Below are positions 8,398 through 19,327 of a stretch of 58,040 nucleotides of DNA, piece by piece. The stretch's first letter is position 1, and the number at the start of each line of letters is the position of its first letter. Origin of the DNA: an uncultured Clostridia bacterium (lineage in GTDB: Bacteria > Bacillota > Clostridia > TANB77 > CAG-508); NCBI GenBank assembly GCA_944389655.1, contig CALXND010000003.1, forward strand, positions 1 through 58,040, given 5' to 3'. The position numbers and the translations under genes are program-made. The notes beneath the pieces were generated by a model, which worked only from the letters and a program-made list of their open reading frames with translations, made no database searches and was not told where the DNA came from.

Positions 8398-10971
8398 TTA
8401 TAACCACTCGCCATATTTTTTAATATATCTTTTCTTAATAAACGTTGCTAAGAAGCAATATAAAATTGGTACCAATAAAATTATACTAAAATATTTTAAT
8501 GGAATTGCAACTAGGCCAATTGCTTTTCCTAAGAATGTAAATGGAACAATTATGGCAATAATACTAAGTATTATTGAAGTTGCATACACTGCTTTTGAAG
8601 CATTACTCTGCAAAAATGGTGTCTTTGCAGTTCTTACTATATGAAGTCCAACTAAGTTTGAAACTACTCCATATGAAAACCAAATTGATTGGAATAAAGC
8701 TGCATCTGGTAGTCTTAATCCAAATCCAAACCATAATGTTGCAAATATTATTAAGTCAAATATTGAGCTTGCAGGTCCCATATATAGCATAAACCTTTTT
8801 ATGCTGTTCATATCCCATTTACGAGGCTTTGCCAATGATTCTCTATCTACATTATCATATGGTAAAGATAGCTGTCCAATATCATACAATAAACTTTGTA
8901 CAAGTAATTGTATTGGTGTTATTGGGAAGAATGGCAAAAGTATACTTGCAATTAGTACAGACAATATCTCTCCAAAATTTGAGCTTACCGCTAGTTTAAT
9001 ATATTTTAATAAATTGTCAAATGTCTTTCTTCCTTCTATTACTCCATCTGTAAGTACATCTAAGTTCTTTTCAAGCAAGATTATATCTGCTGTTTCCTTT
9101 GTTATATCGACTGCTGTATCCACAGATATTCCTACCTCTGCATTATGCATTGAAGGAGCATCGTTTATTCCGTCACCCATGTATCCAACTACATTTCCAG
9201 CTTCTTTTAAAACTCTAACTATTCTAGCCTTTTGTATAGGTGATAATTTAGCAAATACATTTGTCTTTTTTAAGTTTCGCCTTAAAGCTGCATCTGAAAG
9301 CTTCTCTACTTTACTTCCTAATATTATTTTATTAGTATTTATATTTACCTTATCACATATTGCTTTTGTAACATATTCATTATCTCCAGTTAAAACAATT
9401 ACTCTTATTCCATCAGAATTTAATCTAGCAATTGCTTGTTTAGCACTTTCTTTTGGTGGGTCTAAGAAACCAATAAATCCCATTAACACCATTTTGCTCT
9501 CGTCCTTAACTGAAAAGTTTTGGACATCGTTTATATCATTTTTCTGACATACTGCCACTACTCTAAGCCCATCTTTATTTAGTTGTTTTGTCATATCTAA
9601 TATATTTTTCTTTATTTCTTTATTTATATCTGCTACTTCTCCTTTATAGCATACCATTGTACAAATATTTAGTATTTCTTCAACTGCGCCTTTAGTTATT
9701 AATTGTTTTTTCTTACCATCTGTTACTACTACAGATAATCTTCTTCTAGTAAAATCAAATGGAATTTCATCTATTTTCTCATATTTTTCTTCTATTCCAT
9801 TAAGCTCTGTTCGTTTTGCTCTTTTTATAACTGCATCATCTATAGTTCCCTCTAAACCCGTTTGAAAATATGAGTTTAAAAAAGCATGTTTTAGTACAGA
9901 TAAATCTTCCTCGCCTTTTACATTTAAATACTTTTCCAAAACTATTTTATCTTCTGTAAGTGTTCCTGTTTTATCTGTACATAATATATTCATAGCCCCA
10001 AAACTCTGTATACTATCTAGTCTTTTTACAATTGTCTTCTTCTTAGACATTCTTGTTGCACCTTTGGCCAAACTAGATGATAGAATAACTGGCAACAAAA
10101 GTGGTGTAATTCCTATTGCAATTGCTACAGCAAATGTAAATGCTGTTATTGTACCATGCTTTGCAGCATTTACAATGAATGTTATTGGTATTAACACAAC
10201 CATAAATCTAATTAGTAATTTACTAACATTATCAATTCCTTTTTGAAATGTTGTTTTTGGCTTTTCGTCTGTAATTGTGTCTGCAACTTTTCCAAAATAG
10301 GTGCTATCCCCTGTTTTAAAAACTATTCCTTTAGCAGAACCACTTGTTACATTTGTTCCCATAAAACAAATTGTGTCTAACTCTGTAATATCTTCTATTT
10401 TACCTTTTTGCTCTGTTTCAGCTACCTTTTTAACTGCATCACTTTCACCTGTTAAAGAAGATTGTACAATGTATAAGTCCTTAGATTCAATTATTCTTAA
10501 ATCTGCTGGAATTAAATTTCCAGCTGCAAGTACAACTACATCTCCTACTGTAACCTCTGATGTTGGCACTTTCATCTCTTTGCCATTTCTAATTACAGTA
10601 GTCTTTGCAGAAACCAGATTTTTTAACTTTTCTGCCGCTCTATTAGATCTATACACTTCAAAAAATTCTAATAGAGTACTAACTGCTATTAATATTAAAA
10701 TAACAGTAATATTCGCATAACTCGGTGGATTAGAAAGTAAAACATCAGTATAAAATAATACAAATACTATTCCTAGTAATATTAAATTAAATGTGCTAAA
10801 TAAACTTTCAAATAGATAATTATACCATTTTTTTGGTTTCTTTTGTTTCATTTCATTTTTTCCGTATTTTAATTGATTTGTTTTAACTTCACTTGCAGTT
10901 AATCCACGTTTTTTAAAATTATTTTCCTTTAAAAAATCTTCCACACTACTTGTGCATTCTCTTTCGTACAT
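8398..10971 (-). CDS. mgtA: magnesium-translocating P-type ATPase
   Basis: DKTGTLT, TGES, DEIPFDF.RRRLSV, GDGINDAP, SSNFG, LLYD; MgtA-like (P3B) pattern. Confidence 0.9.
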   Translation of the reverse strand: MYERECTSSVEDFLKENNFKKRGLTASEVKTNQLKYGKNEMKQKKPKKWYNYLFESLFSTFNLILLGIVFVLFYTDVLLSNPPSYANITVILILIAVSTLLEFFEVYRSNRAAEKLKNLVSAKTTVIRNGKEMKVPTSEVTVGDVVVLAAGNLIPADLRIIESKDLYIVQSSLTGESDAVKKVAETEQKGKIEDITELDTICFMGTNVTSGSAKGIVFKTGDSTYFGKVADTITDEKPKTTFQKGIDNVSKLLIRFMVVLIPITFIVNAAKHGTITAFTFAVAIAIGITPLLLPVILSSSLAKGATRMSKKKTIVKRLDSIQSFGAMNILCTDKTGTLTEDKIVLEKYLNVKGEEDLSVLKHAFLNSYFQTGLEGTIDDAVIKRAKRTELNGIEEKYEKIDEIPFDFTRRRLSVVVTDGKKKQLITKGAVEEILNICTMVCYKGEVADINKEIKKNILDMTKQLNKDGLRVVAVCQKNDINDVQNFSVKDESKMVLMGFIGFLDPPKESAKQAIARLNSDGIRVIVLTGDNEYVTKAICDKVNINTNKIILGSKVEKLSDAALRRNLKKTNVFAKLSPIQKARIVRVLKEAGNVVGYMGDGINDAPSMHNAEVGISVDTAVDITKETADIILLEKNLDVLTDGVIEGRKTFDNLLKYIKLAVSSNFGEILSVLIASILLPFFPITPIQLLVQSLLYDIGQLSLPYDNVDRESLAKPRKWDMNSIKRFMLYMGPASSIFDLIIFATLWFGFGLRLPDAALFQSIWFSYGVVSNLVGLHIVRTAKTPFLQSNASKAVYATSIILSIIAIIVPFTFLGKAIGLVAIPLKYFSIILLVPILYCFLATFIKKRYIKKYGEWL

Positions 10972-11002
10972 TATTTTCCTCCTTTTAGTTTTCCATACAA
11001 TT

Positions 11003-11110
11003 TCTAAGAAATTGCTTGGAACAAAATTTATTCTTAAACCTTTTAATATTAGTGATGTTCTTAATAAATTCCCTTTAAAATTAGTTCAAGAATTAGCTAC
11101 TCCTTTTAGA
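11003..11110 (-). promoter_or_regulatory. candidate divergent yybP-ykoY (Mn2+) riboswitch
   Basis: Leader reads TCTAAAAGGAGTAGC...AACATCAC...GGTT...AGCAATTTCTTAGA, in the order of yybP-ykoY motifs with a closing stem. Confidence 0.5.
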
Positions 11111-11158
11111 ACAATATACTTCCTAGCATTAAAAAGCGAAAATTATATACAAATAATA

Positions 11159-12469
11159 TTACTCTTTTTCAGCAATCAAATCATAATTGCTTACATCTTT
11201 TACTGTAGTCTTTGTAAATTCTCCTAATTTCAAATTTTCTTTACTGTTAATGTACACTATTCCGTCTATTTCTGGAACATCCATATAACTTCTTCCAACA
11301 TAAGTTTTACCATCAAATGCTACTTCTTCTACTAATACTTCCACATTTTTTCCTGTTTTATTCTCTAAATTTTCTTTTGAAATTTGTTTCTGCATACTCA
11401 TAATTTTATTATATCTGCTCTTTTTAGTCATATAATGCACTTGTTCTTTTATTCTTGCTGCTGGTGTTCCTTCTTCTTTTGAGTACATAAAACAACCTAA
11501 TTTATCAAATTTTGCCTCTTTTATAAAGTTATATAATTCTTCAAAATCTTGCTTTGTTTCCCCTGGAAAACCTACCATTACCGTTGTTCTAATTACTACA
11601 TCTGGTATTTCTCTTCTTAATTTTTTTATTAAGTTTCGTATTGACTCACCATTGCTTTGTCTATTCATTCGTTTAAGAACTGTATCTGAAATATGTTGTA
11701 TTGGAATATCAAAGTATTTGCAAATTTTTTCATTTTCCTTTACAACTTTTATTAGTTTGTCATCAATTGTTTCTGGATATGCATATAAAAATCTTATCCA
11801 ATGGATTTTTTCTATTTTGCACAGCTCTTCTAACAATTCAGCTAGTCTATGCTTGCCATATATGTCTATTCCATATTTGGTTGTATCTTGTGCTATTAAT
11901 ATAATTTCTTTATACCCTTCGTCTGCTAGCTTATTTGCTTCCTTTATAATATCTTCAATTTTTCTACTTTTTTGTGGTCCACGTATATATGGTATTGCAC
12001 AATATGTACATCTGTTACTACAACCATCTGCTATTTTTAAGTATGCATAATTCTCGCCAGTTGATATAACTCTTTCGTCTACATTATCAAAATCATTGTA
12101 TTTGTCAGGCTCTTTGTTATCACCTAAAAGCTTTTCTATTTGCTTCCATAGTGAATTGTAGTCACTATATTTTATAAATAAATCTACTTCTGGAATAGCT
12201 TTTATTAATTCTTCCTTATATCTTTCTACTAAACATCCCATTACTATTAAATATTTACATTTTTTCTTTTTATATTCAGCCATTTCCAAAATTGTATTAA
12301 TTGCTTCCTCTTTTGCAGATTCTATAAATCCACAAGTGTTTATTACAATTGCATCCGCTTTTTCTGGATTACTTACTATTTCATAATTATTTGCTTTAAA
12401 CATTCCTATTGTTTTTTCTGTATCTACTAAATTTTTACTACAGCCTAATGATACAAATCCTATTTTCAT
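11159..12469 (-). CDS. rimO: ribosomal protein S12 methylthiotransferase
   Basis: SLGCSKNLVD, NTCGFIESAKEE, radical SAM CSNRCTYC, TRAM-like C-terminus with PEIDG. Confidence 0.95.
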   Translation of the reverse strand: MKIGFVSLGCSKNLVDTEKTIGMFKANNYEIVSNPEKADAIVINTCGFIESAKEEAINTILEMAEYKKKKCKYLIVMGCLVERYKEELIKAIPEVDLFIKYSDYNSLWKQIEKLLGDNKEPDKYNDFDNVDERVISTGENYAYLKIADGCSNRCTYCAIPYIRGPQKSRKIEDIIKEANKLADEGYKEIILIAQDTTKYGIDIYGKHRLAELLEELCKIEKIHWIRFLYAYPETIDDKLIKVVKENEKICKYFDIPIQHISDTVLKRMNRQSNGESIRNLIKKLRREIPDVVIRTTVMVGFPGETKQDFEELYNFIKEAKFDKLGCFMYSKEEGTPAARIKEQVHYMTKKSRYNKIMSMQKQISKENLENKTGKNVEVLVEEVAFDGKTYVGRSYMDVPEIDGIVYINSKENLKLGEFTKTTVKDVSNYDLIAEKE

Positions 12470-12519
12470 TTATGCTACCTCTTTCTATTAATTTTACTGT
12501 TACTTACATATATTAGTTA

Positions 12520-13770
12520 TTATCCTAAAATCCTATTTAATCTTTCCATCGCTTTAACTAATTTATCGTATGTTGCTTCGGTAATTGTTCCATCCTCTGA
12601 ATTATAGTTTGATATTGTACTTTTTAAGTCAATTAGTTGATACCTATTATCTGCCGAGTAGCCATTATCAAGTACATACAGTGGAGTATAGTTTATTTTA
12701 TTTAAGTATACGTTTCCATCTGTTCCGCTTCTGCGTAGTTCTATATTTAATACCAATTCTGTCCTTGCTTCTTCTGCTTGTAATGTGGAAATATATGTTC
12801 CTATTGAATATGCTATAAATACATTTTTTCCATCTTTGTTCTGCCTTATTTCCATTGGCTGTACTACTGATGGATGTGAACCAAGTATTAAATCAACTCC
12901 TTGCTGTACCAAAAAGTCTGCTATTTCTTTTTGTCTTTCAGATACATTTTCTGTAATTGCTTCTCCCCAATGCATCATAACACATATATACTTTGCACCC
13001 TCATTTTTAACACTCTTTATATCTTCCTTAACTTGTTCCTCATCAAAAATATTTACACTTTCTAATTCTTTTTTCGTTTTTGATGATTTATCATCCAATA
13101 AATCTGTATAAGTTAAAAATGCAATTTTTGTATTTTTTATTTCTTTTATAATCCAATCATTTTCTTCTGAATTATCACCTATTACATCAAAACCAATATC
13201 TTCTAGGTTCTTTTTTGTTTCTGCTATACCTTTTGCTCCTGAATCCAAACTATGATTATGAGCTATTGTAACTAAATTTATCCCTGAATTTTTAACAGCT
13301 TTGGCAAATTGTACTGGTGCTCTTTCCCCATTGTAATCACTATCTACTATACCAGTTTCCATTGTCCCCATAATAATATCTGCATCTGTAATATATCCAG
13401 ATGCTTTGTTAAACATATGTGAAAAATTATATGTTTTTGTTTGGCTATTGTATGCATCTTCTAGCATTTCTTCACTACATAAAATATCTCCTACTGCTGA
13501 CATTTTTATATAGCTATCTGATTCTGAAATATTTTGATTTGTTTTAGAAATAGTCTGGTTTATACTTGCAAATATTGCTTCTGACTGCTTTTCTATTTCT
13601 TCTTTTTGCTTTGCCAGGTTAGTTTTGTCTTCATGTCTCTTATATGTATTAATTCCTATGCATACTATTATTATTGCCATTAATATACCAACTATAGTAA
13701 GAAATGTACGCATATTTAGTACATCTCTTATACTTCTTATTCTTCTTGTATTTCTTCTATTTCTTGCCAT
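12520..13770 (-). CDS. CapA-family metallophosphoesterase-like membrane protein
   Basis: N-terminal TM; AVGDI, AHNHSLD, MHWG, ILGSHPSVVQP, AYSIG. Confidence 0.88.
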   Translation of the reverse strand: MARNRRNTRRIRSIRDVLNMRTFLTIVGILMAIIIVCIGINTYKRHEDKTNLAKQKEEIEKQSEAIFASINQTISKTNQNISESDSYIKMSAVGDILCSEEMLEDAYNSQTKTYNFSHMFNKASGYITDADIIMGTMETGIVDSDYNGERAPVQFAKAVKNSGINLVTIAHNHSLDSGAKGIAETKKNLEDIGFDVIGDNSEENDWIIKEIKNTKIAFLTYTDLLDDKSSKTKKELESVNIFDEEQVKEDIKSVKNEGAKYICVMMHWGEAITENVSERQKEIADFLVQQGVDLILGSHPSVVQPMEIRQNKDGKNVFIAYSIGTYISTLQAEEARTELVLNIELRRSGTDGNVYLNKINYTPLYVLDNGYSADNRYQLIDLKSTISNYNSEDGTITEATYDKLVKAMERLNRILG

Positions 13771-14073
13771 CTAGGCCTCCTATATTTTTTTACATTCTGT
13801 ATATAATTATAGTTAACTCCATGCTAATTGTCAATTCATTATTGTCTTCATTTTAATAAATTAGTATAAGAGAATGTTTCTTTTTAGTTTGTATCTACCC
13901 TCCTTAAGTCAAGTGTATATATTTTAAAATTTTTTACTTAAATACATTATCTTGTAAATAATTTATTATATAAAAACTGACCATCTGAACTAAAAAGTTT
14001 CATGTCTCTTGATTATTTTTCCCAATTAATGTAAAATATGTATTATAAATTGAAAAATGGAGGTCATTAAATT

Positions 14074-15801
14074 ATGGGTAGATACAAAAGGAAATTGTAC
14101 GATGCTGTAAAAATGAATGATTTTAGAGATTTAATTAATCGTTATTCTACACTTTACAGCAATAAAGTGGCTTTTGAATACAAAGAAACACCTAATTCAA
14201 AAGACCATATAAAAATTACTTATGGTCAGTTTGCTGATGACATAAAATCTCTTGCTACTGCTCTTATAAACTTAGGTTTAATGAAAAAAAGGGTTGCTAT
14301 TATTGCGCCAAATAGATATGAATGGTGCGTAAGTTATTTAGCTATCACAGCATCAGATATGATAGTCGTTCCTTTGGATAAATCTTTACCAAATAATGAA
14401 ATAGAAGACTTAATCATTCGTAGTGAAGCAGAAGCTGTAATATTTGATGGAAAATATAGTGATGTTTTTTCAAAAATTGCTCAAAGTAAAAATTCCAAAA
14501 TCTCATACTTCATCTCTATGGATGACTGTAAAGATTTTCTAACATATTCTAATTTACTTCAAAAAGGTCATTCGCAATTAGTTAATGGTGATAATAAATA
14601 CGATAATATTAAAATTGATAATCATAAAATGTCTGTAATGCTATTTACTTCTGGAACAACTTCAATTTCAAAAGCTGTAGCACTTTCACAATCAAATATC
14701 TGTGAAGATATTTATGCTTTAGCTCAAATGACTGATATAAGAAAAGAAGATACTTTCTTATCATTTTTACCTTTACACCATACTTTTGAATCAACTTGTA
14801 CATTTTTATATGGAACTTTTTCTGGTATTACAGTTGCTTTTTGCGATGGCTTAAAATACGTCCAGAAAAATTTAGCCGAATTTAAAGTAACAGGTTTGGT
14901 TTGTGTTCCATTAATGCTTGAAATAATGTACAAAAAGATACGTAAGGGTATTGAAGAAAAAGGTAAAACTAAATTAGTTGATAATATGGCTAAAATTTGC
15001 AATGGTTTGCTAAAAGTCGGAATTGATATACGTAGAAAAGTTTTTAAGGAGATTTTAGAAAATCTAGGTGGAAAAATTAGATTATTAATAGCTGGTGGTG
15101 CAGCAATGAGTAGAGATGCTATTCAAGGATTTTTAAATCTTGGTATAAACCTTCTCCAGGGGTATGGTTTAACAGAAACCTCTCCAGTTGTAGCTGGTGA
15201 AAATGATAAATTTAAAAGATGTGGTTCCGTTGGTTTCCCTTTACCTGGAATAGATGTAAAAATTGCAAATCCTAATAATGAAGGAATTGGCGAAATAGCT
15301 GTTAAAGCTCCCACTGTTATGCTTGGTTATGTAGATAATCCAGAAGCTACAGCAGAGGTTTTGAAGGATGATTGGTTTTATACTGGAGATTTAGGTTATT
15401 TTGATAAAGACGGTTTTTTATTTATAACTGGGCGAAAAAAAGATGTTATTGTTTTAAAAAATGGAAAAAACATTTTTCCAGAAGAACTAGAAATTTTGAT
15501 AAACAAGCTTCCTTATGTATCTGAGAGTATGGTTTTTGGTAGACCTTGTGATGATGGCGACTATAAAATAAGTGCTAAAATAGTATATAATCCTGAGGTA
15601 ACAAATACAATGTTTCCAAATATGTCTAAAGATGAGTTACATGCTAAAATATGGGATGATATTAAAGAAAATGTTAATCATAGAATGCCTGCATATAAGT
15701 ACATTAGAGAGATTATTTTAACAGAAAAACCTTTAATCAAGACTACTACTCAAAAGGTAAAAAGGCATGAAGAATTAAAATTAATTTTAGGTGAAGCTTA
15801 A
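14074..15801 (+). CDS. long-chain acyl-CoA synthetase (AMP-binding)
   Basis: FTSGTT, FLPLHH, QGYGLTETSP, TGDLG, GRKKDVIVLKNGKNIFPEELE. Confidence 0.92.
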   Translation: MGRYKRKLYDAVKMNDFRDLINRYSTLYSNKVAFEYKETPNSKDHIKITYGQFADDIKSLATALINLGLMKKRVAIIAPNRYEWCVSYLAITASDMIVVPLDKSLPNNEIEDLIIRSEAEAVIFDGKYSDVFSKIAQSKNSKISYFISMDDCKDFLTYSNLLQKGHSQLVNGDNKYDNIKIDNHKMSVMLFTSGTTSISKAVALSQSNICEDIYALAQMTDIRKEDTFLSFLPLHHTFESTCTFLYGTFSGITVAFCDGLKYVQKNLAEFKVTGLVCVPLMLEIMYKKIRKGIEEKGKTKLVDNMAKICNGLLKVGIDIRRKVFKEILENLGGKIRLLIAGGAAMSRDAIQGFLNLGINLLQGYGLTETSPVVAGENDKFKRCGSVGFPLPGIDVKIANPNNEGIGEIAVKAPTVMLGYVDNPEATAEVLKDDWFYTGDLGYFDKDGFLFITGRKKDVIVLKNGKNIFPEELEILINKLPYVSESMVFGRPCDDGDYKISAKIVYNPEVTNTMFPNMSKDELHAKIWDDIKENVNHRMPAYKYIREIILTEKPLIKTTTQKVKRHEELKLILGEA

Positions 15802-15805
15802 AAGT

Positions 15806-15836
15806 TGCGCAAATGGGGTCAGACCCCATTTGCGCA
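15806..15836. repeat. 31-nt REP-like palindrome
   Basis: TGCGCAAATGGGGTC-A-GACCCCATTTGCGCA between convergent genes; inverted copy at 29150-29180. Confidence 0.9.
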
Positions 15837-15837
15837 T

Positions 15838-17031
15838 TTAATCATTACTGCACATATGTTTACGTGTCATTTCTAATAAATTTAGTTTGGAAAATCCTAC
15901 AATTTGTGTTTTTGATCTATCCTTTTTTAGTTGTTCTTTAAATAATTCTATTATTTTTTCTTCATTTTCTTTATTTCTCATATCTATATAATCTATTATA
16001 ATTATTCCACCAATATCTCTAAGTCTTAGTTGTTTAGCAATTTCAATAGTAGCTTCTTTATTTACTGTAAATATCGTTTGCTCTAAGTCCTTTTTCCCTG
16101 TGTATTTTCCAGAGTTTACATCTATTGCAGTTAACGCTTCTGTTTTATCAATTGTAATAAAACCTCCGCATCTTAACCAGACTTTTCTTTTTTCTAGCTC
16201 TTCTATTTCTTTTTCTAAACTATACATATTATATATATTATTTTCTAATTCTATTTTTAAATTTTTGTTTTCCTCTTTTAATTTGTTTTCTATCTTTTTA
16301 TACATTTCCTCATCATTAGTAACTATTCTATATAGTTCTTGATCCATAAGGTCAATTAATATTCTTTCTATTAAATCTTCGCTTTTGTATATGATTTGAG
16401 GTGAGAATTTTGGCTTGTTATTTAAAATATCATTATATTTTTTTTCTATTTTTTCATATTTTTCTATAGTTTTTTGTATATCCTTTTGTATTTCTTCTGC
16501 CGACTTGTTTTGTGCAGATGTTCTTATAATTGCTCCATATTTATCTGTTATAGAATTGCTTACAATTTTCTTTAATCTAGCTCGTTCATCTGCTCCATTT
16601 ATTTTTTGCGAAACTGTAATAAAAGGTTCATTAGGCATTATCACTACAAATCTTCCTGGAATAGTTAAATGCGTAGATATTCTTGCTCCTTTTTTGTTTG
16701 TGCTATCTTTTTTTACCTGCACTAATATTGGCATTCCTTCTTTTAAATAATCTTTTATATTATACTTTTCAAAGTTTTCGTTTTTATTTCCTGTTTGTAG
16801 ACTTACTTTTGGGATTACATCACGAATATGTATAAATGTATTTTTTTCTTTACCAATATCAACAAATGCTGCTTGCATTCCTGGTAATACATCTTTTACA
16901 ATGCCTAAATATACATTACCTTCTATTCTCTCTTGACCGTTTTCTTCAATATATCTTTCTATTAATTTACCATTTTCTACAAGTAATACTTCTTTTTTAT
17001 TATTACTTACATTTATTAATAATTCTTGCAT
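15838..17031 (-). CDS. rng: ribonuclease E/G family
   Basis: S1 domain (PGMQAAFVDIG), TEALTAIDVNSG, QLRLRDIGGIIIIDYIDM. Confidence 0.93.
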   Translation of the reverse strand: MQELLINVSNNKKEVLLVENGKLIERYIEENGQERIEGNVYLGIVKDVLPGMQAAFVDIGKEKNTFIHIRDVIPKVSLQTGNKNENFEKYNIKDYLKEGMPILVQVKKDSTNKKGARISTHLTIPGRFVVIMPNEPFITVSQKINGADERARLKKIVSNSITDKYGAIIRTSAQNKSAEEIQKDIQKTIEKYEKIEKKYNDILNNKPKFSPQIIYKSEDLIERILIDLMDQELYRIVTNDEEMYKKIENKLKEENKNLKIELENNIYNMYSLEKEIEELEKRKVWLRCGGFITIDKTEALTAIDVNSGKYTGKKDLEQTIFTVNKEATIEIAKQLRLRDIGGIIIIDYIDMRNKENEEKIIELFKEQLKKDRSKTQIVGFSKLNLLEMTRKHMCSND

Positions 17032-17071
17032 CTCTTCTCCTATTCTTTTTAGATATTCAATGTGTGTCTTT

Positions 17072-17638
17072 TTATTTAACTTTATTAAATTTATTCATTG
17101 TATTATCTATCCCATTTTGTATCCAATATTCTATTGCTTGCATGGCTGAGTCTATTCCTTCTTGAAGTATAACAAATTCTTTTGTTGGTATTCTACCTAT
17201 TACATAATCAATTCTATCAAATTCATCTTGAGGTCTACCAATTCCAACTCTTATTCGAGGAAACTCTTCTGATGATAGCATATTTACCATCGATTTCATT
17301 CCATTGTGTGAGCCCGGCCCACCTTTTGCTCTAATTCTAATTTTTCCACTTTCTGTGTCCATATCATCATATATCACCATAACATTGTTAAGTGGCTCTT
17401 TATAAAATCTCACAAATTCAGAAACAGACTCCCCACTTTTATTCATAAAAGTTTGTGGTTTTATTAATATTACTTTTTCATTTTCTATAAGTCCTGTTCC
17501 ATATATTGCATTATACTTTGTTTTATTCAGGCTTATTCCATTTTTATTAGCTAATTTGTTTATAACATCAAATCCCATATTATGCCTTGTATTTGAATAT
17601 TCTGGCTCAGGATTACCAAGTCCTACTATAATATACAT
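17072..17638 (-). CDS. pth: peptidyl-tRNA hydrolase
   Basis: IVGLGNP, TRHNMGF, KPQTFMN, GSHNGMKS, RIRVGIGRP. Confidence 0.97.
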   Translation of the reverse strand: MYIIVGLGNPEPEYSNTRHNMGFDVINKLANKNGISLNKTKYNAIYGTGLIENEKVILIKPQTFMNKSGESVSEFVRFYKEPLNNVMVIYDDMDTESGKIRIRAKGGPGSHNGMKSMVNMLSSEEFPRIRVGIGRPQDEFDRIDYVIGRIPTKEFVILQEGIDSAMQAIEYWIQNGIDNTMNKFNKVK

Positions 17639-17678
17639 GATTACCTTCTTTACTTTCTTAATAATATTTATAATTTTT

Positions 17679-18812
17679 TTATTTGCATACCTCGTATTGA
17701 CTCAATTTTCTAAAATATTTCTCCATAGCATCAATACTATTTTTCCAATTAAATCTTTTAGATGTATTAATTCCTTCTTTTATTATTCTACTCCTATATA
17801 TTGGATTCTCTATTAAAATTTCTACTTTGTTTACAATATCATTTACATCATTTTTTTTAATTATTAAAGCATTTTTGCCATCTATAACAAAATCTCTCAT
17901 TCCACCAGTATCACTAGTAATAACAGCTGCTCCACAGGTCATTGCTTCTAATGTTGGCAATCCAAATGATTCATATTCTGAGTTACAAATATAAATATCT
18001 GTTTTTCTTAAAATATTACCAATTTCTATTTGTGGCGGATTTATAATCGCCTTTTCAATATTCTTTTTCGGTTTCGTTTGTGAAATCCAATTTAATTGTA
18101 TGTTACTATATTTTTCTCCTAATATTCTTACTGCCTCTAATATAACATCTACATTTTTAAATTTAAATTCTTCTGAACCAATTAACGTTATACTTATATT
18201 ATCTCTATCTTCTTTTTTATTATTGTCTGTAAAGAATATATTTTCATCTACTGCATTATACATCACTTCTGAATCTCTATGATAAACTTTCATTATTTGG
18301 TTTCTCGTATATTCAGAAACAGTATATATAAATGGAACTTTTTTTATTCTGTCTTCTACTGTTTTTCTTTTTTCCTTACTTAAACTTTCAACATTAAAAA
18401 TATGTGATCCTCCCTGTTCAAAAAAAACTACAGGCGCTTTATTAGCTTTAAGTCCAGAATAAATACATTTCCAACTAGTTGCTATAATTAAGTCACTATC
18501 TGGGATATGGTTCTCTATTTTTTCACTTTCATTAACTTTTATAAAATTTATTTTTTTATCTAATCTAAACCAGTTTGGTTTTTCATCATATGCTACTAAT
18601 GTAATTAAATGCCCTCTCTGTGCCAGTCTATTTGCATATTCTAAAATTATCTTACTTCCTCCACAAGTTTTAGTCCATGCCATAATATATACAATATGTA
18701 ACTTATCTTTTTTCAAATTATGATTTCTTATTAGTTTCTGCTCTGAAATAAGGTTATTATCTCTCCTAATTTCTTCATCTTCTAGTCTTCTCATTATTTC
18801 ATTACTTGCCAT
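17679..18812 (-). CDS. GT4 glycosyltransferase
   Basis: CGGSKII; ESFGLPTLEAMTCG (EX7E motif). Confidence 0.9.
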   Translation of the reverse strand: MASNEIMRRLEDEEIRRDNNLISEQKLIRNHNLKKDKLHIVYIMAWTKTCGGSKIILEYANRLAQRGHLITLVAYDEKPNWFRLDKKINFIKVNESEKIENHIPDSDLIIATSWKCIYSGLKANKAPVVFFEQGGSHIFNVESLSKEKRKTVEDRIKKVPFIYTVSEYTRNQIMKVYHRDSEVMYNAVDENIFFTDNNKKEDRDNISITLIGSEEFKFKNVDVILEAVRILGEKYSNIQLNWISQTKPKKNIEKAIINPPQIEIGNILRKTDIYICNSEYESFGLPTLEAMTCGAAVITSDTGGMRDFVIDGKNALIIKKNDVNDIVNKVEILIENPIYRSRIIKEGINTSKRFNWKNSIDAMEKYFRKLSQYEVCK

Positions 18813-18832
18813 ATTTATATTCCTCTCATTTA

Positions 18833-19327
18833 TTATACATAATAAATTTTATATTCTCCATTTTTCAATCTAAAATTTTTTCCTGCTTCTTCTCCATAAA
18901 AAAATATCTCTACCACTTTTGCAATTCCTTCATGTGTCGCTACTAAGACATTTTTATCATTATATTCTTTTATAATGTCATTTAAGAATGAAAATACTCT
19001 TTGCTTTAAATGCATCATATTTTCAATATTATATTTTTCTAAATTATCTACACTATATTTTCCCTCTAAATTGCCAAAACTTCTTTCTATTATTCTATTA
19101 TCTATAATTATATCTATATTTTTATATTCACTTATTTTTTTGACTGTATCTTTAGCTCTAGATAATGGTGATGAAAATATTACATCTATGTCTACATCTT
19201 TAAATATTTTTAAAGCTTCAATAGCTTGATTCTTTCCATTTTCATTTAACGGTATATCTATTTGTCCTTGAAACCTTCCCTGCAAATTATAATCCGTTTG
19301 CCCATGTCTTAATATATATAACTTCAA
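18833..19327 (-). CDS. histidine phosphatase (phosphoglycerate mutase family, GpgP-like)
   Basis: LRHGQT, SSPLSRA, ERSFG, THEG; TTG start overlaps the TGA of the reconstructed upstream gene. Confidence 0.9.
   Translation of the reverse strand: MKLYILRHGQTDYNLQGRFQGQIDIPLNENGKNQAIEALKIFKDVDIDVIFSSPLSRAKDTVKKISEYKNIDIIIDNRIIERSFGNLEGKYSVDNLEKYNIENMMHLKQRVFSFLNDIIKEYNDKNVLVATHEGIAKVVEIFFYGEEAGKNFRLKNGEYKIYYV

Noticed and set aside
8801-10720. Long plus-strand ORFs opposite mgtA, and similar ones opposite era, rpoD and gltX
   Set aside because: Antisense shadows of conserved genes with no RBS or recognisable motifs.
13890-14015. Possible degenerate IS ends upstream of the acyl-CoA synthetase
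   Set aside because: Only a loose resemblance to the IR at 23180; too short to support.
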